Source of the DNA: Octopus vulgaris
Taxonomy: Eukaryota
Assembly: GCA_951406725.2 (NCBI GenBank)
Contig: OX597832.1
Coordinates: forward strand, 37,138,001 to 37,202,000
DNA: 64,000 nucleotides
Direction of reading: 5' to 3'
Position numbers and translations under genes: made by a program. The notes under the pieces are model-generated. The model searched no databases. It had not been told where the DNA came from and saw only the letters and a list, made by a program, of their open reading frames with translations. Of the stretch, positions 53,372-64,000 are shown piece by piece (the first letter of the stretch is position 1; the number at the start of each line of letters is the position of its first letter).

Positions 53372-54159
53372 GTTCAAATCACAAAAAACAAAAAGACAGA
53401 GACAGGTGAGGGAGCAACAAGAAAAGTGTATTAGTTTGACGCTTAGGAAAAACCGAAGAGTCCTTAACGCTTCGAGCCTACGCTCTTTGTCTGAAATGGA
53501 GGAGGACAAAAATGGAGAAAGAGAAAAAAACAGAAAGAAAAAGAACGTGGAGAGATTAATGGTTCCACATCTACACTCATACATAGTTGCAAACACACAA
53601 ACACGCATTAACAAACACACACACACACACATTTGTGTGTGTTTGTATACATGTTTGTGTGTAGAGAGAAAATGAATGTAAAGAAAAGGTATAAGGATTG
53701 CGTGGCATTCATGCCCTTTTCAGAAGCATAACTGATATGAATGAGGTGAAATGATTCCACCCAGAAATGGAAACCCGATCCCGTGTGTTCAGTTTATCAA
53801 CCACCAACCCATCAAAACAGCCTACCTTGCCGTGCTTCAGGAAATTAAACACCTGTATGATTTATTACATTCATATAAATGATTACAGGTAACATTCAGG
53901 TGAGCAGGTTGACGCCGTACATTCAGTCCTTGGTTGGTTGAAGAACAGGTGAGCGAGAAGCACCATATCAATTTAACTGTGCCACTATGTCATGCTCCAA
54001 AGATGAAAGATTTGCCGATCAAAAATGCTGAAATATTTCATCATAAAATATATTCTACTGAATATGAGTGATTCAGCTGTAAATAATGGGAGATCTGTCT
54101 GTTTGTCTATTAGTTTATCTGTCTGTTAGTCTGTCTGTATATACATACATATATATATA

Positions 54160-54216
<57 letters not shown>

Positions 54217-54342
54217 TATGAATATTTATGCGTGTATTTTATGAATGTCTATTAATGAGACAATCTCTTTAGTGAATAAATAATTTAGTCACGATCTGGA
54301 TGAAAAACAATAATTAAGTTTATGTTAATATATTTTTAATGA

Positions 54343-54740
54343 AGGCGGCGAGCTGGCAGAAACGTTAGCACGCCGGGCGAAATTCGTAGCCGTATTTCGT
54401 CTGTCGTTACGTTCACAGTTCAAATTCCGCCGAGGTCGACTTTACTTTTCATCCTTTCGGGGATCGATAAATTAAGTACCAGTTAAGCACTGGGGTCAAT
54501 ATAATCGACTTAATCCCTTTGTCTGTCCTTGTTTGTCTTCTCTGTGTTTAGCCCCTTCTGGGTAGTAAAGAAATAGGTATTTCGTCTGTCTTTACGTTCT
54601 GAGTTCAAATTTTGCCAAGGTCGACTTTGCCTTTCATCCTATCGGGGTCGATAAGTTAAGTACTAGTTGTGTGCTTGGGTCGATCTAATCGATTGGACCT
54701 CTCCCCCAAAATTTCGGGCCTTGTGCCTAGAGTAGAAGAG
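54343..54740 (+). mobile_element. Dimeric SINE family B
   Basis: Two tandem family B units with different 3' ends; CpG-rich. Confidence 0.8.
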
Positions 54741-55669
54741 AATATATTTTTAATGAAAGGGGTAGTAAAATGAAGTAGTAAAACTTGAACTGATCATATA
54801 CATAAAAATGTTTGTATGCACGTACATATGTATGGGAATATGTATGTGTACACACACATACACACGTGCGTGCGCTCGTGTATGTGTGTGTGTGTGTGCG
54901 CGCGCGCTTAAGTATGAAAGAGTATTTCTTTTAGACATAGATAGTTATTTGAATAAACTATACTTCTTTATAGTTTCTATCCATATTATTGAAAAAAAAA
55001 TACCTATAATTTCATCATTAATATCTTTAAAGTCCTGTGGAAAAGTAGAAATATTTATCAACTATATTATAATGAATATATTGACTCTTCATAAAGTATT
55101 GAGTATTTAAATTCTTTTTTCTACGTAAAACAACTAAACAGTTTGCTATACATACATACATACATACATACATACATACATACATACATACATACATACA
55201 TACATACATGCATAATACATACATACATACATACATACGTACATACATACATACATACGAACATACATACATACATACATACATACATACATACGTACGT
55301 ACGTACATACATACATACATACATACATACATACATACAAAGATATGTTCTGTTGTGGAAATCAGCTGCCCTCTCAATAGAAATGTGGTTAGAAACATAC
55401 AAGAGAAAGAGGGCATCTACGGACTATTGATAAGGAGTTTGTAAATGCAGTATCCAGGAGCAACAGGTTACATACGAACCCGCCTGGAGTAAAGTACGGT
55501 TGAACTTGGGAGAGAACGCAAATCCTTAATTTTATACGCTACAAATGATCACGATATCTGGGACTAAGCAAACTTGCAAGGGCTTCATTCACAACCTTGC
55601 TAATAAGTAGGTGCCCAGTCAAAATTTATTCTAAATTAAATAGAAAAATTGAGCAGACCCCACCCCCAC

Positions 55670-56660
55670 ACATGACCGGCAAATGGACACCCCGTATAGC
55701 ATTGTTTTATGTTTATCTTAACTTGAAAAAGTTTATATTCTTTTTATTAATGGACATTTTTATATTTCAGGTTCTATATGTGACTGTTTAACCATGCTAC
55801 ATACAAAAGAAGCTTTGGAATTGTCCAAATTTCAAAGAGGCCGTATTGTGCGTCAATCTGACGGTGGACTTAGCGTAAAATCGCAGAAAACATTGGGATC
55901 TCGCTTTCTACAGTTTATAGGGTGACTGTGCAATTTACCAGAGAGGTGAAGACGTCCTCATCACCTTGCCCAGGTCGACCAGAGCCCCCTGACAGGACCC
56001 TTTGCTTTGTTAAGTGAAGTCTGGAGGATAATCCTCATTGCAAGGCCTCTAACATAGCAGAACAAGTTGATGTCAGTCTCAAAACAGCTGCCGGGTATCT
56101 TCACAAACTTGGCTACTACGGCAGAGAAGCAAAATGGAAGCCAATATTTAGTGGAGAAAAGATTGGACCAATGAGACGATGGAGTGGCCGCTAGCATTTT
56201 GGGACACTTTCATATTCTCTGATGAGTCCAGATTTGCTGTAATTTCTGACAGTAGAGAGTGTGGGTCTGGAGACTCTGTGATCAAGAATTTGATGTGAGA
56301 AGATTGCAGCCAACAATGAAATAAGGCAGCTGTTTTGTGATGGTCTGGGAAACTATTTGGAGCAATGGTCAATCAGAGCATGTGGAGTGTGAGAGAAACA
56401 TAAACTCAGATAAATATATGTCCATATTGCTGAAAGGATTCCTTCCAGTCTTCTCCGGTGGTGAAATGATTAAAGAAGACTTTCTATTTATGGAAGATGG
56501 CACTCCTTGTCACACGGCTAAAGAGACTCAAGATTGGTTGGAAAAGAATGGCATTAAAAAACTTCCATGGCCAAGTCAGTCAATACAGATATGAACCCTA
56601 TTGAACACCTCTGGGACATAATGGACAGGGCACTTCGTAAAAAGAATAAGAAAGCATCCT
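55670..56660 (+). pseudogene. Degenerate Tc1 (DD34E) transposase
   Basis: LSKFQRGRIV, FIFSDESRF, MVW..IWSNG, FMEDGTPCHTAK, WPSQS.DMNPIEHLWD. Confidence 0.9.
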
Positions 56661-56702
56661 CAAAGTATCATCTATGTATCTATCTATCTCACCCTCTCTC
56701 TC

Positions 56703-56771
<69 letters not shown>

Positions 56772-57382
56772 GCATCTATGTACTTACCTGTCACACCAGG
56801 TAAGTATGTTAAGCCATACTTTGCTCCCTGTATCATATTTAAAGTCAGGTTCTCACCTGGTTGACCTCCCTACTATCACACTTTTACCTGTTCAGCGTTA
56901 CGATCATCTCCCAGAGTTCAGGGTGACAGTGGGAGTAGAATAATGAAATTATAATGGTAGGTGTTGATGTAAAGGTGACGACGATGATGGATATTTAAGG
57001 GAAGAATCGGGTGTTTAAAGGGTGGGACGGGGTATTTGTAAGGTAGGTGTGTTAGCTGTTGATATGCTCTACAAAGTACACTAAATGACATACTGTACTT
57101 CCTGTTGTTGTTGCAATATTTGTTGTTGTTGCTGCTGTGGTCTGGTGGGTCTTGTAATAGTTGTTGTTGTTGTATTTGTTAATGTTACTGTTGCTGCTGC
57201 TACTGGTGATGATGATGATGATATTTTTGCTGAGTAGACTACGCCATCTCCACCTCTGCAACCCTAAACACCACCACCGCCACCACTGCACACAGAGACA
57301 CAGATAGGGCAGACAGGTAGACACACATACGCACACACAAACTCATAATTTTCCTCTATCTATCTATCTGTCTATCTGTCTG

Positions 57383-57478
<96 letters not shown>

Positions 57479-58009
57479 ACTGTGTGTATGTGTGTATGCA
57501 TGTATGCATGTTTGTATGTATGAATGTATGTATGAATGTATGTATGTATGTATGTATGTATGTATGTATGTATATATGTATGTATGTATGTATATATATA
57601 TGTGTGCATGTCCTTATGTGTGTATATATGTCGTTACGTTCTGAGTTCAAGTTCCGCCGAGGTCAACTTTGCCTTTCATCCTTTCGGGGTCGATAAATAA
57701 AGTACCAGTTTTGCACTGGGGGCGATATAATCGAATTAATTCCTTTGTCTGTCCTGGTTTGTCCCCTCTATGTTTAGCCCCTTCTGGGCAGTAAAGAAAT
57801 ATATATGCGTCCTTGTCCCACTTTGTAATTTATATTTTATATTTAATTTCTATACATATATATATGCATGGCCGTTTGATAAGCAGCAATCGGCGGGCGT
57901 TGCAATTGCCCTCATTATTATCATATCATCTATCTCATTATGTCCTTCGTCCAGCCCGCAGCTTCCTTTCTTTGTAAGGCCCTTGTGACCAATTGTATGA
58001 ATAAAAGTA

Positions 58010-58380
58010 CCTTGCTTACCAACCAGATGGTTCCACTGCGTGGCACCGTGGGCAAAGTGTCTTCTACTATAGCCTCGGGGCCACCAAAGCCTTGTGAGTG
58101 GATTTTAGTAGACGGAAACACTGAAAGAAGCCCGTCGTATATATGTATATGTATATATATGTGTGTGTGTGTTTGTGTGTCTGTATTTGTCCCCCAACAT
58201 CGCTTAACAACCGATGCTGGTATGTTAACATCCCCGTAACTTAGCGGTTCGGCAAAAGAGACCAATAGATTAAGTACTAGGCTTACAAAGAATAAGTCCT
58301 GGGGTCGATTTGCTCGACTAAAAGGCGGTGCTCCAGCATTGCCGCAATCAAATGAATGAAACAAGTAAAAGAGTAAAAGA
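58010..58380 (+). mobile_element. SINE family A (CpG-intact), tail-to-tail with family B at 58395-58622 (-)
   Basis: Family A consensus-like sequence. Confidence 0.8.
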
Positions 58381-59100
58381 ATATATATATATATATTTCT
58401 TTATTGCCCACAAGAGGCTAAACATAGAGGGGACAAACAAGGACACATAGGGATTAAGTCGATTACATCGACCCCAGTGCGAAACTGGTACTTTATTTAT
58501 CGATCCCGAAAGGATGAAAGGCAAAGTCGACCTCAGCGGAACTTGAACTCAGAACGTAACGACAGACGAAATACCGCTAACCATTTCGCCTGGTGCGCTA
58601 ACGTTTCTGCCAGCTCGCCGCCTGAAAAGAATATATATATATGCACCAACACACGCATATCTATCTTTAGGTTCACATACAAATACCCTCTTATTAGGTC
58701 CATAATTTTAATTCGATTTAAATTAGGATTTTGTTCTGCCTAAACGTTTGAGTGTGTGTATATGTGTGTATGTATGTGTATGTATGTATGTGTGAGTGTG
58801 TGCACGTGTTTAAAGTGCTAAGTTTATAGGAGAGTTTAATATGCAATATGGGGTGGAACAGCAGCGATGAAGGTACAGTGAATTGAACGGGGGCATGTGG
58901 GGTGGTGGGTACTGGGTTGTGATGAGGCGGAGGTGGCAGAGAGCAGCATGCACAGAGGTAGATACAGGGGTTAGAATGTGGCAAATGAGTGGTGGCGGGT
59001 GGGACTTTGATATTATGAGGGAAAAGAAACAAACAGTTTTGTTGGCAACAATATCTAACCTGGAAGAACGATATATATATGTATGTATATATATGTACAT

Positions 59101-59148
<48 letters not shown>

Positions 59149-59179
59149 ATGTATGTATGTATATATGTATGTATATATA

Positions 59180-59244
<65 letters not shown>

Positions 59245-59272
59245 GAGAAAGAAGCAACAAGAATGGATTAGT

Positions 59273-59363
59273 TTTTAGTACAATTGTTTCATACAAAGAC
59301 AGGCTTTATTAAAAGTTGCAAATATTGCAGCAGATAAAAGTGTCCCGTACTCATCAGCTAAAA
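59273..59363 (-). ncRNA. Type-I hammerhead ribozyme (Penelope-type)
   Basis: Minus: TTTTAG-CTGATGA-GTACGGGACA...TGTCTTTGTAT-GAAAC-AATT-GTA-CTAAAA; perfect 6-bp stem I. Confidence 0.8.
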
Positions 59364-59399
59364 CACATATGAGTTCTCCAAACATCTTAATACATACAC

Positions 59400-59454
<55 letters not shown>

Positions 59455-59665
59455 TACATGCATACATATGTCTATATATGTATATATAGTTAATCCAAAC
59501 ATGAAAACACAACAACGCGAGGACGTGGAACAAATATAGTATTATTGGACGCTTAGGAAAGAAGGAAAGAAGGAGGGTTTAACGTTTCGAGTGGAGCTCT
59601 TCGTCGGAAACATAGGAGAAGGAAAGATTCAGAGAAAGGAAGACAGAGGAAAAAAATCGCCAACG

Positions 59666-59749
<84 letters not shown>

Positions 59750-59879
59750 AGACATGTATATATATGTATGTGTGTATATATATATACATATTTATAAGTG
59801 TGTGTGTGTGTGTGTGTGTGTAATGAATATGCGAATGAAAAGAGAAAGATAAACGAGGACAGAAAGACGACAATGCTGC

Positions 59880-60250
59880 TGCAGCTGATGATGACGACGA
59901 TGACAATGACGATGAGCTTGGCGACGATTACAACGACGAGAAGGACGACGATAATAACGATGATGACGATAACGATGACGATGATGATCACGCTTATAAC
60001 AATGATGACGATCATGAAGACGATGACGATGATGATGATGATGATGACGATGATGACGATGATGATGATGTTGATGACGATGACGACGATGATGACGATG
60101 ATGACGATGATGATGATGACGATGATGACGATGATGATGATGATGATGATGACGAGGATGATGATGACGATGATGACGATGATGATGATGACGATGATGT
60201 CGATGATGTCGATGATGGTGATGGTGATGACGATGATGGTGATGGAGGTG
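59880..60250. repeat. (GAT/GAC)n trinucleotide array
   Basis: Direct reading; a similar array lies at ~51225-51650. Confidence 0.9.
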
Positions 60251-60324
60251 GCGATGACAGCAATGACAGTGCAGGTGGTTGTGGTGCTGGTAGTAGGGGT
60301 AAGTAGTTGCTTGGGAAAACAATA

Positions 60325-60394
<70 letters not shown>

Positions 60395-60700
60395 GAGTGT
60401 GTATGTGTGTGTATGTGTATGTGTGGGTGTGTGTAGGGTGTGTGTAGGGTGGGTGTTTTGTTATTTGTTGAGGATTTATCGGTTTTCTGTCTGTCGCTGG
60501 TGATGTTACGATGGAGTCATTTATAAATATTACCAAGAGATTGAACCCCTGCTGCATGGAGGGGGGTGGAGGTCGGTGCAGGGGGTGGGGAGGAAGGTCT
60601 GAGTAAGAGGAGGATATTCGCGAGGGTGGGAGGGAAGGCAGAATGAGGGGGGGTTCTTTCTTGTTAGTCAGAGAGAGAGAGAGAGAGAGAAGAGAAGGAT

Positions 60701-60747
<47 letters not shown>

Positions 60748-60912
60748 TGTGAAGTTCGCTGTGATGGTGATGGTGGTGATGATGGGCGATGCGGTGGTGT
60801 GTGTGGGGGGTGGGGGTGGGTGGGGTGAGAGCAGTGTTTTTGGGCTAAAAGTCTTCCATTTAGTACGTCATGCTGTTTGACAACATGCCTGGATGTTGAC
60901 TTCCTAATTCGG

Positions 60913-61035
<123 letters not shown>

Positions 61036-61364
61036 ACGCACACACATACACTTCTAAATTCGGCGCGCGTGCACACACACACACACGCACACGGATACGT
61101 ACACGGACACACTCACATACACATACACACATGCACACACATTCATATTTTACACCACAAACACATACACACTCACACACGCACACACTCATCCACACAT
61201 ACACACTCACTCATACGCACACATGCATACACAGATAACACTGCACACACACACGCACACACAAACACACACATACACACACATGATTCTATACACTACA
61301 CACACACGCACACACATCACTACATCACCACCACCACCGCCCGCTGCCGCCGCCGCTGCTGCTG

Positions 61365-61403
<39 letters not shown>

Positions 61404-61644
61404 TGAATGCCACTACACTGTAAACACTACCAAAATATGAATGTCATTACCGTTTTTATGACACTAGGGTGTGCTTTTAGTGAGGTTTTGCTGTTATTTC
61501 TAGCAACTCGAGTGATCACATAAAGGCTTCTTTATGACCTTGAAATAGTTAAGCCACCATTGACCATTCTATCCTATCATATCTATATATGTATGTGTGT
61601 GTGCGTATATATATATATATTCTTTCCCTGTTTATTTCTGTGTT

Positions 61645-61682
61645 CCTTTCTGAAGAAGAGCGTTGGCTCGAAACGTAAAAAC
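61645..61682 (+). ncRNA. Minimal hammerhead-like motif (Penelope-type)
   Basis: TTT-CTGAAGA-A-GAGC(GTTG)GCTC-GAAAC-GTA-AAA; diverged family copies on minus at ~49650-49685, ~53462-53495 and ~59578-59612. Confidence 0.6.
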
Positions 61683-61766
61683 TTTCTCACTTCCCGAGCG
61701 TTAAACTAATGCATCTATTTGTTGTTTACATACCTGTCTTTTTCTTTTGTTTGTTTTTGTAAACTC

Positions 61767-61840
<74 letters not shown>

Positions 61841-62229
61841 AGGTATGTAGAAAAATACAACATGGACAAGAACGTATAACTCCTAGAAGACGATACAATA
61901 AACACGGACAGGACATTCGAAACCCTCAGTCTTCAGTCAAGAACCGGATCATCGTAGTAATTTCGGCTGATTAATCTTGAATATATATATATATAAAGAA
62001 TTTTATTTAATTCCTTTTGCAGGAAGGACTGCTTAGGTCCAGCCGTGTTCAGCCATTACCTTCAAAACACGCATTGAGTCGAACCAGGGGCAGCTGATGA
62101 AGAGGAATTTTCCTTGTATTGTTTGTCCTGTACTCTGTTTCCTCGTTGTTAAAAAAAGTCCGTTTCTTGTTTGATTTTATGTTTTCGTTTCTCGTTGTGT
62201 TCTACGTTTATTTGTGGTATCCTGTACTC

Positions 62230-62290
<61 letters not shown>

Positions 62291-62367
62291 TGTATATATA
62301 CATATAGATGTAAGTATGTACATATATGTTTGTATATATGCATATATTTTATTTATTTATTATATTG

Positions 62368-62477
<110 letters not shown>

Positions 62478-62595
62478 GCCATGATTTAGAGAAATGTCAT
62501 TTCTGAATGGTATAGAACCAGTATTTCCTTGGATGTAACCATCCCTTTATGAGGTTCGCTTATCCTATATATATATATAAGGACTTATTCAAACA

Positions 62596-62702
62596 GTCAC
62601 CCGAGGAGGTGCATTTTACACTTTGAATGGATGATAATGACTACACATCTAAACAATGTTACCACAGGTGGTAAATTATGATGTCGAAACAATTGTAGTG
62701 AT
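62596..62702 (+). ncRNA. Hammerhead-like motif with variant core (CCGAGGA)
   Basis: GTCAC-CCGAGGA-G...C-GAAAC-AATT-GTA-GTGAT; stem I and palindromic stem III intact, core U4 replaced by C. Confidence 0.5.
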
Positions 62703-62787
62703 TTTAAAATAATGTCGTGGATTCCATTTTCTATCATTTATGTATACATATACATATCTATCTATCTATTTGTCTGTCTAGCTAACC

Positions 62788-62883
<96 letters not shown>

Positions 62884-62884
<1 letters not shown>

Positions 62885-63570
62885 AGTCGGTTTATCAGCT
62901 GAGTCTATCGTCAATATTGTCACGCCTCCTTCCTTCAAACGGGAAGGAAGAGCTATTTTCATCATCCTTGTGGCTATGGCGAAAGAATGTATCTGGTGGA
63001 CGCGTCTGAAAGGATTGGAGACAAACACTTTCCTCTCTGGTCAATCTCTCATCAACTTCTTCAAGTACCACTTGAAAAGGAAAGTGAGAGTAGAGAGGCA
63101 AGTTTTGTCTAGCGAATGTTTTAAAAAAAGATGGGTGAATGTAGCAAGAATGGCACGTATGAATGACGAAGCCACCTTGAGCATGATCCTATGAACCCAG
63201 AAATTGAAAACAGAGAGTTGCTTATTCGCAAAAAAAAAAAAAAAAGAAATATAACATGTGACTCCATTGACCGAGGTTACCGTGGTCTTTTCCGTAGGCT
63301 TTTCTTTCCACGGGTAAACCTCACCTGTCCTCCCCTTTACACTTCATATTGACATTTCTGTGATAACGATCCCTATTGATCAATTTTTTTTTTTTTCCAC
63401 TCCCCTTTTTTTAACCCCCCTTTTTTTTGTCCTCTTTCTCTCCTTTTACGATCCCTTTTGATCGAAACTCCCCCTTCCTTTTTTTTTTTTTTTTTAAACC
63501 TTCAAAAGAAAAGCTCTACCTTGTAATTTGTTCTATCTGTGTGCAGCCCTGTGTGGCTAATAACGAAACA
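62884..63570 (+). mobile_element. 5'-truncated L1/Tx1-like LINE 3' end inserted in (TATC)n
   Basis: ORF end ...AMAKECIWWTR...LINFFKYHLKRKVRVER......FKKRW...; pyrimidine-rich 3' UTR; (TATC)n on both flanks. Confidence 0.65.
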
Positions 63571-63597
63571 TATCTAACTATCTATTTATCTATCTAC

Positions 63598-63695
<98 letters not shown>

Positions 63696-63696
63696 G

Positions 63697-63749
<53 letters not shown>

Positions 63750-64000
63750 TTATCGATCTTAGTTTCATATATGGTCCTTATTTTCATACATGGTCCTTAT
63801 TTAACTCGGAGTTACTCGCGCAGATGTAAGGCCTTATAGTTATAAGAAATTGGAACATTCTATTGACAAGATACCCATAATGTTTATTTACCAAACCATT
63901 TTCCATGGTGCTACTCACTGAGTCATTGAGGAGTTACAGGTAAAACATGAAGTACCAATTAGCTAGTACTGAATCTCATGTATTAAGTGAATGAGGATAC

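Overview
Eukaryotic, AT-rich and very microsatellite- and SINE-rich animal genomic DNA. The SINE and microsatellite repertoire looks like an octopod cephalopod (Octopus sp.), which is an inference. Nearly all entries in the ORF track are artefacts of simple repeats or SINEs. Two real protein-coding signals stand out. (1) An intronless 339-aa HAD-superfamily class IIA phosphatase (PGP/G3PP/PDXP-like) at 40864-41883 (-), with an Arg-rich N-terminal extension. (2) Three phase-compatible GT-AG exons on + (21245-21357, 23568-23617, 24581-24721) that splice into the C-terminal ~100 aa of a divergent FAIM (Fas apoptotic inhibitory molecule)-like protein, which the ORF track misses; its 5' exons were not located. 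The rest is transposon debris: mariner and Tc1 transposases; RTE, R4/Dong, Tx1/L1 and Penelope fragments; a gypsy-like gag; hAT, piggyBac and Tc1-type MITEs; a Helitron; and several SINE families. Notable non-coding signals are several Penelope-type minimal type-I hammerhead ribozymes in short (TA)n-flanked modules (one in the FAIM-like intron on the sense strand), long foldback hairpins, LINE ends embedded in specific microsatellites, and an apparent switch from CpG-decayed to CpG-intact repeats at about 40 kb.
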